DNA of 64,000 nt. Source: the human T2T-CHM13v2.0 reference genome, Homo sapiens. This document shows positions 16,593 to 35,457 of this stretch, one piece after another. The translations under genes and the position numbers were made by a program. The stretch's first letter is position 1. Every line of letters starts with the position of its first letter. The DNA is taken from NCBI RefSeq assembly GCF_009914755.1, contig NC_060937.1; one strand, written 5' to 3'. Below the pieces are notes generated by a model that saw nothing but the letters and a program-made list of their open reading frames with translations, did no database searches and was not told where the DNA came from.

Positions 16593-18022
16593 ATGAAAAG
16601 AGAGGTGAAAATACATGAACTAAATAGAAATTTTTACCAGTAAGCTCAATAGCAGACAAAGTTAACTGAAAAATAGATCAATCGTATGTACTCAGTTTGA
16701 GGAAAAGAAAAAGATTGAAGAAAAGCAAATAGAGCCTCAGAGACCTGTGGGACAGTACCAAGCAGTCTAACATGTATAGTTGGAGTTCCAGAAGCAAAAA
16801 AGAGATTAGGGCAGAAAAAATATTTGAGGGGATAATGACCAGAAATGTTCCAAATTCGGTGAAATCCATTAACTCACTGATCCCTTAACAAACACTCAGC
16901 AAGATAAATTAAAACACACACATGCACATGAGAGCCACATTGCTGAAATCCAAAAATAAGAAAGTCCTGAAAGCTGCCTGAGAAAAAAAGAAGGTGCACA
17001 GAAGGAACAATAATATAACTAACAGCCGACTGCTTATCAGAAACAGTGGAGAGTAGAAGGTAAACGTATTGAAAGACAAAATATCAACCCAGGGTTCTAC
17101 GTCCAGCAAAACTATCCTTCAAAATTGAAGCCCAAATAAAGACCTTTATAATTAAACAAAAACTGAGAGAATTTGTTGCAAAGAATCTGACTATGAGAAA
17201 TGCTAAAGGAATTTCTTTAGGCTTAAGGGAAATAACCCCAGATGATAACTTGGATCTATAAAAAGAAATGAACCAGAAATGATGAAGAAAATAATCAGAT
17301 AGATCCATCTGTGTTGATGTAAACATGTAATAGTAATAATAATAAATATTTATATAGCAATTATTTCAGGAAGGACACGCAAGAAAACTTTAACAGTGAT
17401 AACCTTCCCCGTGGAAAAGGGGAAGAGATTGAGAGCTTGGAGTATGAAAAAGGAGACTAAATTATTATTTTGTGCTTCTTTTGATCATTTGAATATTTTT
17501 TAATGTGGATGTATTACTTATTTTTTTAAATAAATTTTTAAATGTCATGAAATAGCTAGGAAAAATAGAGATACTTGATACAAGATGAGAAAATAATGTT
17601 CTGTTTCTCCCTTGTAAGGAATATGACAGAAATCGAGACATTGTAGACTGGGAGTCAGGATTGGGTTTCTTTCCTACTCTGTTAGCAGGACACTGTGTCA
17701 CGTGACAAAGGCTGTGAAGGAGGTATCAGATCGCGCTCTCTGGCCTTGGGCACCTTCTTTCCATTGCTAGGTCTTCTTCCCCATCCCCAGACGTCCCTGC
17801 TCATTCCCGGAGCGGCAGCTCCAGGAAGGCACATCTTGCTCTAAAATGGCCTCCTGAACACTCCTGTTCCCACACACTGTCTGGCTTAATCTTACTCCAA
17901 GGCAGGCAGCTGCAGAGGGTGCCAGGGCTGGTTCTGCTCCTGGGTTCCCATCTCGGGTGATCAGGACACCATCGTGTGCTCTGTCACCCAAGCCAGCAGC
18001 CTGAGAGTCCGCCTTTTAACTC

Positions 18023-18095
18023 ACCTTGTTAATGACCCCAGGTACGTTTCATTAGGTCTTCGTAATGAAATGTACCTGGGGGTCATTAACAAGGT
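18023..18095. repeat. Near-perfect inverted repeat (32/33-nt arms, 8-nt loop)
   Basis: accttgttaatgaccccaggtacgtttcatta - ggtcttcg - taatgaaatgtacctgggggtcattaacaaggt. Confidence 0.97.
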
Positions 18096-18574
18096 CAATT
18101 GACCCAAATCCTTCTCAAATCTGCCGCCTTTCTCTGTCATGATTTTTATAATCCGCACCACGCCCCCCACGCCCCCAACCTTTTCCAGGATCAAATTGAG
18201 ACTTCTCCAGTGTTTGCAGAGTGAGGTCCTGTCTTTAGCCCAGGCCTTCCTAGCCTGGCCCCTACCCAGGTCCAACCTTGTTTTCCACATGTGAGGGTCC
18301 ACCCTCATCTCCCAGTGAGGTCAGGTCTGGCCATTCAGCCTCCCCTTCCACATGTTCAGCCCTCCTGGCTTTGCGCAGCTTATTGCTTTTTCCTGTGTTC
18401 CTTCCTTGTCTTCACATAGCAAATCATTCTCACCTCCAGAGATGCTGTGTCCTATGTCCTAGAAGCCTTACCTATTCCCTAGCATGCTGAACTGAGTGGT
18501 CCTGTCCCGGCCTCCCATAACTCTTGTTAATGCTCTGTCCTACTCTTGGAGAGACCATGAAGACTGGGGGAAGA

Positions 18575-18775
18575 GGACAGGGTTTGGAGTTGGACAGATT
18601 TGGTCTCAATTCTGGTCTTTCCATTTACTGGCTGTATGAGCTCAGGCAAGTTGTTTAATCTCCCCAGTCTCAGTTTCCTCATCTTTATGGTGACAATACT
18701 ACTGCTTACTTTGCTGAGACAGATGGACTAAAGATAATATATATAAAGTGCTTGGTGTGGTTCCTATTATAGCTT
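18575..18775 (+). mobile_element. MIR SINE
   Basis: ggcaagttgtttaatctccccagtctcagtttcctcatct, MIR core. Confidence 0.85.
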
Positions 18776-19746
18776 TATTCTTACAACACTTTTTTAAACA
18801 TTGTGTTGATTAAACATTTACTTGATTAAATGTTTTTCTCTCCCATTAGACTATACATTCTTTGAGACCAGCAGTGCTTAATGTTTGTAGAATTCAACTT
18901 TTAATGAGTTTGAATTTTAACAGAGTACATTTGCTAAGTTAAAAGAGTGATTATATTAACTTTAATTGTGGAATTTCACGTAATGTGAAATTCAAAGCTT
19001 TATATATATTTTCAGCAGAGACTCTTAAAATTATGTTTTCGAAATAACAATTTTATCTCCCCAAGCAAAATGCCACCTGCACCTTTACAAACACTTTACC
19101 GCAGTTATGTGAACCTTCATTGCTCACCCTTGCTGCAGATCATTAAATGTATGCATAAATAGAATTATTAATGTTTACCAAGGTCTTAAAGTCCTGGTAA
19201 GAAAATATTGAGTGGTCAATATAGAAAGGTCACCTGTTAGCTCCTGATGCTTGAAAACAGAGGTGGGACCTGGTGAGCCTGTCTTCAGCTGATGCAGTGC
19301 CAGCACATCTGGGCTGGGCAGGGCCTCCAGTGCCTTCTGCACAGGTTCACGTGGCCAACTCTGCTTGGACAGTGGGATCTGCTCCCTGGCACCTGGGACA
19401 CCTGCTCCCCACTGTTGAGCCATTCCTCTTGCCAGGGCTGTTTGAGTATCAGCCACTACATTCCTGGCCCCCTCCTTTTAGAGAGAGATCTCTGATTTTA
19501 AGAGGCAAGGTTTAAAGTAAGACATTTCATGTGTAGTAGCAGATATTATTAACTTTGTTGTGCACAGTATGCCTTGGATCTTCTTTTCTTGGGTAGGGTA
19601 CAGATAAAATGATGGTTCTACGAGGGGTAAGTAGGAAAAATTAGTGGTTCTGGATTCTCTCCATGCCTTCACTCCATTATAGTCACAGTGGCAAGATGGA
19701 GTATTAGCAAGACAGGTCCTGAGTGTGGTTGCGGTCTAATTTAAAC

Positions 19747-20030
19747 TTTTTTTTTTAGACTTACTCTCTCGCCCAGGTCGGAGTGCAGTGGTGCAGTCTT
19801 GGCTCACTGCATCACTGCATCCCCCAGCCAGGCTCAAGCAATTCTCATTTCTCAGCTTCCTGAGTAGCTGGGACTACAGTCATGTGCAACCATGCCTGGC
19901 TAATTTTTTTATTTTTAGTAGAGACGGGATTTCGCCATGTTGGCCAGGCTGGTCTTGAACCCCTGGTCTCAAGTGATCTGCCCGCCTCCCAAAGTGCTGG
20001 GGTTACAGGCATGAGCCACTGTGTCCAACC
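19747..20030 (-). mobile_element. Alu (diverged AluJ/S-like)
   Basis: Reverse dimer; TSD taatttaaac at 19737-19746 and 20031-20040. Confidence 0.92.
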
Positions 20031-20328
20031 TAATTTAAACTTTATCTTTGTAAGTGCCAGGGTAATAGAGGCTACCCAGTTTGCCATTGTGCTCACCCAA
20101 AGATGAAAGTGCTAAGGTTGAGTGGAAGAATTCCCAATTATTAAGCCCCTCCTCTCCCTGTGTTGAAAATTCTCCATGAAAACCCATCTCTGGAGGTGTA
20201 TCAATCAGTGTTATCACTGCCCTAAGCCATTTCTGTCAAATCCAGTCTTTCCAGCATATTGCATATTCCCTGTCTTGCCAGTGAAATGTGGTAAAGAAGA
20301 AAAAAGTTGCCACAGAATGTAATTTTTA

Positions 20329-20704
<376 letters not shown>

Positions 20705-20815
20705 TCATATTTCTGAAAAGCTTTCAAGGAGAATTTTTAAACATAGCAGATGCATTAATTTGCATACAAAGAAGCCAGTTACGGATCATTCTTATCTAGT
20801 TATCCAAGTCAACAG

Positions 20816-20819
<4 letters not shown>

Positions 20820-20848
<29 letters not shown>

Positions 20849-21124
20849 GAGACAAGGTCTTGCTCTGTCGCCTAGGCTGGAGTGCAATGGCACAATCGCG
20901 GTTCACTGCATTCTCGACCACCCAGACTCCAGTGAGTCTCCTACCTTAGCCTCCTGAGTAGCTAAGACCACCAGCTACACCTGGCTAATTTTTATTTTTT
21001 AATTTTTTGTAGAGATGTCTCCCCATGTTGCCCTGGCTGGTCTCAAATGCCTGGGCTCAAATGGTCCCCCTGCCTCAGCCTTCTGAAGTGCTGGGATTAC
21101 AGGAATGAGCCACTGTGCCCAGCT
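20820..21124 (-). mobile_element. Alu (AluJ-like)
   Basis: Long poly-T followed by diverged reverse dimer. Confidence 0.92.
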
Positions 21125-21479
21125 TAATGATGCTATTAAACTACACCTGTTAACCTTCTACTTGCTTTCTGTGGTTGACAAGTAATTCTCTTTGCATTTC
21201 TTTTTACTAATTCAGATGGGCTTCTCTTTTCTTACTCCAAATTATTGAAAGTTATTTATTTGTGTAAAATATTACATAGACATACACACACACAATATAT
21301 GTGTGCCTTATGCATTTTACAACATCATCTGAACAAATATTTATTAACTACCTATTGTGTTTCAGACTCTGTGCTAGACATGCGGGATTTCGCAGTGATC
21401 AGAACAGTATCTGCCCAACAGTCCCACAAAGAAATATTAAGCAAGAATAAAATCTGTAGCCACATACCTGTGTACATTT

Positions 21480-21690
21480 TTTGAGAGCTTACTATGCTCT
21501 GGGCACTGTGCTAACATTTTCAACATTATTTCATGTAGCACTCTCAACAACTGTGTGAGATAAGTTTTATTTATTGTTACCATTTTTCCAAGGAGGAAAC
21601 CGAAACACAGAAAGGTTAAGTTACTTGCCTGAGGTAACTTAGCATTGATAGAATTAGGATTTGAACCTGGGTAGTATGACTCTTAGGTCC
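21480..21690 (-). mobile_element. MIR SINE
   Basis: gaggaaaccgaaacacagaaaggttaagttacttgcctgagg...ggatttgaacctggg. Confidence 0.85.
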
Positions 21691-22477
21691 CCATGAGCTG
21701 GCACACAGGTTGCCAATCCATCAGTTAACCTTCCCATCACTGGGTCAGAGAGCCAAGGAGCAGAAGGGGGATAGAACTTCCCCAGTACCAAACTAAGGGG
21801 CTGAGCTGGGATCGCAACCACAGGTTCTGTTCCAAAGCTGGGGCTCTTTCGACAAGGCCATGCCCGCCTTGTCTCTTATGTATGCTTTTTCACTTGAGGC
21901 TGAATTTTAGGTCTGAGTCAACTGCATTTTGAAAAAAATCATCTGCTTGAAGACCCTGATGATGTAACAATAAAGGCCATTGGAAAACCGGCAATCTGTG
22001 AATCTTCATATAGATGAAATATCCAGGTTAGAATTTATCATCCTAATCTGGATATTTTTGAGAGTGAAAGGAGTACTGTTATAGATGCTGGGGCATCAGG
22101 AGCCAGCCAGGACGTCCAGGCAAGCCGGGGCTTGTGGTCACTCTGTGGACACGCAGCATGGTCATTAATGCCCACACAATGTGTGTATTGTTATTTGTAG
22201 ATTCCATTACTCTTTGGAATATAAACCTCTAAGCAAGCTAAAATAACTCTACTATGCTTTAATTATGCATTGTTGGTAACCATAACAATAAATCCTTGGC
22301 CAATTCCAATCCAAGGACATAAGCATTTAGAGTCATTTTTAAAGGAGTGCTCCGATGGTTTAGCAGTCATGTAAATGCATTTATATGTAACAGAAGACAA
22401 AAACAATAATTAAGATAAACATAAAACTCATCCCTTTTGCCTACAGAGGCAACTCTATTTTTAGAACTACAAATTTG

Positions 22478-22772
<295 letters not shown>

Positions 22773-24254
22773 TTGTATGCATAGCCTGAGTACATGATTT
22801 GAATATATTTAGGAAATAGATAATGGGATAAAATATTCAAAAGTGAAATTATGCAGGAAAATTCCAGGCATGTGATTGTCATATACATAGTTGAACATTT
22901 CTATTCTCTATGTAGTTTAGACTTTAATTAAACAGAATAATCTGACTTTAATCTCTCTTGATACTATAAAAGTAACTTGAATTTGTTCATTTTTTGTTTT
23001 TTAATCATGAAAACTAATGCCCAAAGTACCTGTCTAACTCAAAATAATTGTTTCTTTTTTCACACAAAGCCAATTGAATAGATTGGACAATTGCATACTT
23101 AAGATTTAATATATTTGCTCATCATATTATGGGTTTTAAAAAATCATTTATCTTGGAGCTAAGTACATTTCACTATGGTTTTTTATGTTCATTGTCGTAA
23201 AATATTATCTTTAATGTTTCACTAGGTTCACTAATGTTAGGCTGAGGGTGTTTATTGTTGTATCAGATATCCTTTTGTGTTTTATTTAAATCTATATTTA
23301 CTAGTTTTAAATAGTTTGCCTTATTGCTAAGGCTAGTGGAAAATAGTTAAAGTGTGAGAATGTGGTTTTTCCCTGTAGTGTTCTTTTGAGTAGTTGACAG
23401 CTGTGAAAACATTTAGCAGGCTTCCCTCCTTTTCAGCGTTGGTTAAGCTCTGCTTCTAAAGGAGTATTCCTAGCAGAGCTTGCCACAGTATATCCAAAAC
23501 ATTGCTGTATTACAGACGCAACATGGTTTAAAAGGAAAAATTGAGTGTGGGTTTCAAGTTGACACATGATAAAAGTAGCCCTGAAGTGGTCAATTAGAAA
23601 CTGAAGGCCTGGATCTGATAACTTCATGGGCAGTGCCCCTGCTCTTTTGTCTTACGACCAATAGGATTTTGACTGCTCAGGAAATTTGTATGCATGTACC
23701 CAGATATAGACCTAGGCACCTAAATGCACACGTGGATATATACGAATATATGGTGGACAGTGCAGATCCAAGCTACTCCTGCTAACACATTTCTGGAAAA
23801 CATTCCCTTTATGGGAGGACTTAACAAAAAAATTAGTAGCTAGTTTTACTTTGGTTTACATATATTGTTTTTCTAATATAGAATTCTCATTAGTTGGTTT
23901 TATGAATCATATCACCAAATGAAAATTTGAAAAGTATGTAACAGTTTTCTATTGAGCGTTCTCTGAATATTCTTGCCTTCAGTCCTGCTGGGAGCCTTTT
24001 CTCAGATCACCAGTGCAAGCCTACAGTCATACATTGTTTGTAGTTGATACAACCTCAATGATATAAGTTTTTTGATGATTTTAAAATATGAGTAATTAAT
24101 CATTTATAACCTATAGGTTAAAATGAATTATAAGTGGATGAAGGTGGGAACCCAAATGAATCAAAGCTATTTAAGTTTGGTATTGACATTGTGCATCTTC
24201 CCATTATTTATTATACCAAAAAAATCACTTTATTTCTTAAAAATAGTACAACAC

Positions 24255-24742
<488 letters not shown>

Positions 24743-25189
24743 TCAGTGGAGTAAAACATTTCTGAGATTGGTGCATTTTCCTTTTGGAAATGTCATTCAA
24801 ACCATATGAAATTAAATTTGGAAATAATGTTCTGCAGTCTCTTGAATGGGATTTAAAATATGACAATGCAGAAAACACATATGGGGATGAAAACCCATAG
24901 GACATGTCTCAAGGAGGACAGACACCCTGGGGAAGAACACTTGTGAGGGTACCAGGCTCTCAGACACAAGGAAAGAGGAATCTGAGGGATTGCTGGGAAG
25001 GATTCTCATCTTATGACCCCAGCCGTGGGTAGATTTGGCTGGGGAGCCCATTCTCATTGCAGGGGGCGGTGGCCTCAGCCCTGTGCATGCTGACTCTTCA
25101 GTGCTGTGCTCTGGCTGAGGCGTGCCTCTAGTGAGGGTGACCCTGGGCACCGAGCATATTCAGTCACCATCAGCCAAAGCTGGTTGTAG

Positions 25190-25843
<654 letters not shown>

Positions 25844-26560
25844 TCATTTCTAATACACTGAGCTCAACTGCTTGCTGGGTGAGGCCTGCATGAGGACTTT
25901 ACTCATGGGCTCATAGAAGCCCTTTTAAGCTGCTTAGTGTCCTTAGAGTCTCCAGAGGCATCCCTAACCCAGAATCTTTTGACTGTCCTCTGGAGAGAAA
26001 GGCAGTAGGTCTGTACCAAGACCAAGGGGCTTGAAGGCTTGGACGCTCTGCTTCCACCTGCCTCTGGAGTGGCCAGAAGTAATGCCTGTTCTCATGACCA
26101 GCCAGTTTGCCTCACTGCTCCGGTGCCAAAGGCCAAGTTTTGATTGGAATGATGTCTGTATATTCTGAATAACCAGGAATTTTGTTTTTCTGATTTACAG
26201 ATCTTCAGGCTTTTCATCAGCATGATTTGCCATCTCTGTCTTTGTCATCTAGGGTCTGTAATTATCCTCAGGTTTTCTGCCAATACCTGCATTTTCAACC
26301 AGTTAGAAAAAGAAGAGCTAAAACAGGTAGAAGCCTGAAACCAAGGGGCATATGCATTTCTGAAACATTTTCAAGAAATTGTCTCAATTTTATATTTCTG
26401 TTTATAATTATAATTTCAATGTCCAGTGGAGGAAGTTGTGAGACTCAATGTCAGTAGCTACCACTTACTATTCTGTGCGCCTCGGTTCAGATTGTTTGGG
26501 GCAGTGGTGTTTTATGTTGTGGGTCCAAACCCATGAGTCATCTGGGAAGTTAATTTATTA

Positions 26561-26946
<386 letters not shown>

Positions 26947-26966
26947 TTATGAAACTTTTGGTTTTT

Positions 26967-27156
26967 TATATGTGGTGTATGTATGTATATGTGGTGTATG
27001 TATGTATATGTGGTGTATGTATGTATATGTGGTGTATGTATGTACATGTGTATGTATGTATATGTGGTGTATGCATGTATATGTGGTGTATGTATATGTG
27101 GTGTATGTATGTATATGTGGTGTATGTATGTATATATGGTGTATGTATGCATGTGC
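26967..27156. repeat. 19-bp minisatellite (GGTGTATGTATGTATATGT)n, about 9-10 copies
   Basis: Unit directly readable, with a few variant and shortened copies. Confidence 0.95.
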
Positions 27157-27230
27157 AAGCTCTCACTATAAATACACTTCTTCCTGTGGGTTGCAGTAAA
27201 AAAAAATTTGAAAACTGTTACCTTAAGACT

Positions 27231-28755
<1,525 letters not shown>

Positions 28756-29380
28756 CCTTAGGGCAATTTCTGATCCAGGGAGAGGGCTTTCTTTAAGGGG
28801 TGTGGGGCATGAATAAGCCACCAGCAATGTCAGGGTATCTTCTTTCCTGTGGCTGAGAAATTCCCTAATTTAAACTTAGGATTCTGTTTGCCATGAACAT
28901 GCTATTAAAATAGTGGCACCCTGGGACACTGTGGGGTTCAGTGGGCTTTTGTGAGCTATCCTGAGGTCCTAACCATCATTTGTGACATTTTTTCCATGGG
29001 GAAAAATTCATTTTCAGTTCCAAAGAAGCAACTTATTGGTGAATTATTTTGAGCAGGATCCTGTCATAATCAGGCACTGCTTTTATATTTTTTCTGTATT
29101 CAGTAGTAAATCTACTTGTACCTTAAGCAGTCATCGCACTCCTTTAGCCCCTTTTAATTTCTAATGAGGAGTGGTGTGTTATAGGAGTTTGGGGTGGCCT
29201 GGGGGAAGAAGGGTTGCTGAAGGATGGAGCTCCTGAAAGGGAGGGTTAATGAGGATGTGTGTCCAAAGGGTGAATGTCTGTGCTCCTCACCAGGGAGAAG
29301 GGCATCTTGCATTTACAATGATTTATAATTCACCTGGGTCAGGTTCCTCTGACTATAGGAGCCAATTGGTTACAGAAATC

Positions 29381-29694
29381 TTTTTTTTTTTTTTTTTTTT
29401 TTGAGATGGAGTCTCACTCTGGCACCCCGGCTGGAGTGCAGTGGCGTGATCTCGGCTCACTGCAACCTCTGCCTCTTGGGTTCAAGCAATTCTCTGCCTC
29501 AGCCTCCTGAATAGCTGGGATTGCAGGTGCCCGCTACCACACCTGGCTAATTTTTTTTTTTTTTTTTTTGTATTTTTAGTAGAGACAGGGTTTCACCATC
29601 TTGGCCAGGTTGGTATTAAACTCCTGACCTCGTGATCCACCCACCTTGGCCTCCCAAAGTGCTGGGACTACAGGCGTGAGCCACCACGCCTGGC
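29381..29694 (-). mobile_element. Alu (AluSg-like) with expanded middle A-tract
   Basis: Reverse dimer; TSD tggttacagaaatc. Confidence 0.95.
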
Positions 29695-32455
29695 TGGTTA
29701 CAGAAATCTTAATATAAGGAGCTCGTTACAAAGGCAAGCATACCCTAGATCTGCCTGCTAGCCCTGCGATAGCTACTTCTCAGTACCTTCTGTGCCAGAC
29801 ACTCTTCTAGGCCCAGGGATACAGCAGGGAGAGAGGTGGGCAGGGCCCCTTCCCCTCTGGAGAGGCTGCTGCTGGGCCCTCCGCACGCTCTGGCCTCCCA
29901 TGCTTTGGGAATGCTTGTCACTGCCAAGCTGTGCAGTGCATCACCATCCATGGTGCTCATGGGCCTGAGGACCACTCTGCCCACACCTAAGGGGGGCTGG
30001 GTGGCCAGTGTTTGAAAGGCTTATAAGAAAGATCACAAGAAGTTTCTTCTTGAGAAATGCTACAGTCTTTAAAAACAAAACAAACAAAAAACTACTTAGA
30101 ATTTTGATAGCCCCAGCTCAACAAAACAATAGGTAGGACACAAGCTTGTTCATAGGCAGCAGAGAGGTCCAAAGCAATGTGCCTCAAATCAAGACGTGTG
30201 GCTCTGAAAAACCTTCTTAGGGAAGGCTCCCGCCCCACCTAGAGCTTCCCAATTCCATAGTATCTAAGGCCTTGCAAAATCTACATCTGTCACACGCCCC
30301 CCCGGCCCCGCCCCCCATCACAACTCCATAGTGGGAAGAACTTATTTCAGTGCCTATTTTTCTTGAGGTTTATAAAAACAAAATGTGTGAAGGGAATGTA
30401 TGCTGATTCTCTTGGGACTAATTAAACAAACAGATTCAGAGAAAGAAAGCAGAGAAGATTTAGGACAGTTAAAATGTAAAAAATGTAATTTTGGGGATAA
30501 CAGCCGTCAATTTTTCCACTCGAGTGTTTTTCCAAAGGGCAGAGGGCAAGAAGCATCTTAAGTCCTCTCGAAGCTGAGACACATTTCAACTGGAGATATT
30601 AGAAGCAAATTTGGTGCCCAAGACAGGTGCCAGATTTTAATTACAGTTGGCATTTCTGAGCATGCTTTTGGCAGAGGTGGCCATCTTGTTGGAAAAGCCA
30701 TAGATTTTGACACTAGCAGTATGGGTGCCCAGTTGAGAACGATTGCAAATAATTTCCCTCCTATTTTCATCTTGTTGGTTGTGAGAGAAAACTTCAGTGG
30801 CTAATATTTAAACAAGATATTCTCTGTTCAGAGGAAACAGTTCATTGGAATTGTCTTGGTGGCTTGGTGTGTTGGCTCTGGGGGTAATAATTTCTATCTT
30901 AAAGTCTTTAAAACCAGTTAAAACAATAAAATAGGATATTTCATTATGAGAAATGAAGTTGGCATGCACCAGGTTTTCCATTAAGTTCCAGGTCACAGAC
31001 AAATAAAGAAAGTATGTTCGGGGGGGAAAAATCCTTTTTAAAAATAATTAGGGAGCTGTCTGTTTTGTTCACCAGATGGAAAATCCGTAGTTGTGGGTGG
31101 TCTGTGTTGGAGAGGGCATCTCACAATTGGCAGGACTATGCCTTTAACTTTTCAAGTCCTCGGACAAAAATCTCAATGCCATGGACTATTCAGAAGGCTC
31201 CGAATGTTCATCAGTCCTTCCAGGTCTGCTTTTCTGAATTTTACCAGTTTTCTAACAAGAGTGTGTAAGCAAAATGATTATGGAATGCCGAAATAAATAG
31301 TCCATTGTTCGTTGAATTCTGAAACAGCATTCCTGCTAGCCCTGGTTTTTTGTGACTTTTCTTGCTGTCAATACCTTATGATGATAATCTGATTAGTGGA
31401 GCTGCCTGCGTTACTATTTAAAGGCCCCTTTTTCTTACATTTCTGTGTTCCAGAGTAGATAGGGCAGCCAGATGTGCTAACAGCATAAGAAATCATCATA
31501 AGCTTGTTATTTATTGAAGATGGATATTGCACTGTTATCAGTGTTTAGGGTCTTTTCTATACTTGCTTTGATTCTGGTCAAATTAATTCAATAAGAAAAT
31601 GTACTTTTCTTACTCCTTTCTTGAACTGATAATAGAATGTTAGCTACCTAGTGTCACTAGTATTTTTTTTATCTACACATCAAGGTATCATTTTTTTCTA
31701 GCTCAGTCTTATGTTTTACATGGCTTTACATCTGCAAGTTGGACTTTGAAATGAATATTTTATGTTTGAACATAAGGATATATATATTTTTATATTTCAT
31801 TCATACATTTAACCCATCCCCAAAATTTTCTTAAAAAACTTAATAATTACAGGAGATGTAAATTAATAAAATCATCTAGGATGCTAAATGCATAAACTTT
31901 CAATTGAGTGAAAAAAAGCCCTGGAACGTAAATCATTTTTCTCGGACAGCCAATGTGTTTGGCTTTGGATGTACATCAGATTCTGCCTGTGCATAGTAAA
32001 AATGGCAATGATTTATTAGTTCCATCTCCCCCCAGCACAGATGCTGCACAGTCTGTCCCTTTTCTGGGCACTAAACAGTGGGTTTTAAAAAACATAATTT
32101 CACTCAAGTTTTCCGCTTGCATTCTGTGTTGTACTATTAATAGCAACCCTTTGTTATTCATGCCAGCTCGCTTCTAGCATAAGACAATGATGTGGGGAAA
32201 CGGTTTTAACTAAAATACTACTAATTGGCACCCATTTTTCATATACTGGTGCAGGTGCAGTTCTGTGAGGAATAGAAGCACCTCTAAAAATTATGTCATG
32301 AAGATAGAAAAGCTAAACAGTTACACAGTTAAGTAGGTGTACCTTTGCAATGTCATTGTTTCTTTGAAAAATCTTACTTATTTGCCGATAAGTTGAAGGG
32401 TGGGGAAAATTTGGAATATTGATGGAGGACTTATGTGTTAAATGTTCTATGAGTC

Positions 32456-32756
32456 CACCAGGCGCTGTGGCTCACGCCTGTAATCCCAGCACTTTGGGAG
32501 GCCAAATCACGCAGACTGCTTGAGCCGGGAGCATGAGACCAACCTGGGCAACAGAGCGAAACCCCATCTCTACAAATGATACAAAAATTAGCCACATGTA
32601 GTGGTGGGCACCTGTAGTCCCAGCTACTCAGGAGGCTGAGATGGGAGGATCACTTGAGCCCAGAAGTTGGAGTCTGCAGTAAACAGTGATCATGTGCCAC
32701 TGCACTCCAGCCTGGGCAACAGAGCAACACTTTGTCTCAAAAGAAAAAAAAAAAAG
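32456..32756 (+). mobile_element. Alu (AluJb-like)
   Basis: Diverged dimer with A tail. Confidence 0.9.
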
Positions 32757-32789
32757 TTATATGATGCTTCATGAAAAAAAAAGAAAGTT

Positions 32790-33301
<512 letters not shown>

Positions 33302-34164
33302 GAAGTTTTCAAGAGGGGAAGAAATAAGAAGAGTGTTAGAAACCTCAGTTGCCCATCTACTTTCCTCTCCTTGCCCAGGGTGACAGAAACTGTTGCCAAA
33401 TTCTCACTGGCAGCAACTTGAGTTTTGATTTGGCTCAGGTACATGTGCTCTTCTAGAGAGTAAGGTCAGCACAGAGGCTGCTGGAGGGTGCTGGAGGCTG
33501 CCTCCATGGACTCTAGCACCACCTTTCCTCGTCCTGTAGCTGAAATCCTTGGAGTCATTCTTGCCTCCACTAGACCCTTGGATTCTGTGCATCTCCACAT
33601 GGCTCCCAGCCATTGTGGCTGTTTTTTTCTGGGACTCTCCTCTCTCCTGTCCATCTTCCAGAAGTAGCTTTCTGAACACAGACGTCATTGCGCTCCTCTC
33701 CACAAGCAGCAGTCACTCTCAACACTGAGGAATGAAGACCTTACAGTGTTCTTTACACCCTAACCCAAGATTACCTTCCCAGAATCATCTTCCTACCCCA
33801 TGTCTCTGACCTTCCAATCACATTAAAATTCTCAGGGTGGTGAGATACTCCAGCTCCTTTCTGTCTCTGCCATGGCTCATGCTGCTGCTTCTCCCTACAG
33901 AGCCCTCCTCTCATCTTCCTTGAGATCTTGCTGACCAAATATCTTCTCTTCTGATGACTTAGCAGTCACCCACACTGCCGTGGGCCAGCAGACACCCTTC
34001 CTCTGCCTTCCAGTAGCTTTGCCCAATGTGATCTCTGCTCTTTGTACCCTGTGCTGTCTCCCATGTTAGATCCAACCACCTAGGTCATAGCGCTACTGCT
34101 GGTACCTGATTGCAGGCCCAGCATCTGTCTTGGTGCCAAGCACATGACAAGAACTGAATAAATA

Positions 34165-35200
<1,036 letters not shown>

Positions 35201-35289
35201 ACCTTCCATTTCCAGTGCTCCAGTGCCCCAACTGGCCTGTCTGGTGTGATTTGCCAAGTGTTCTGAGCAAGCAGGGAAGTTGTCCATTA

Positions 35290-35457
<168 letters not shown>

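Noticed and set aside
16660-17330. L1 ORF1 as an active coding sequence
   Set aside because: Heavily diverged with no long + strand frame; a fossil element.
18971-18993. Short stem gaatttcac-gtaat-gtgaaattc
   Set aside because: A 9-bp AT-rich stem is plausible by chance in 64 kb.
26967-27156. Regularly spaced repeat as a possible CRISPR array
   Set aside because: Head-to-tail low-complexity units without unique spacers, in eukaryotic DNA with no cas genes.
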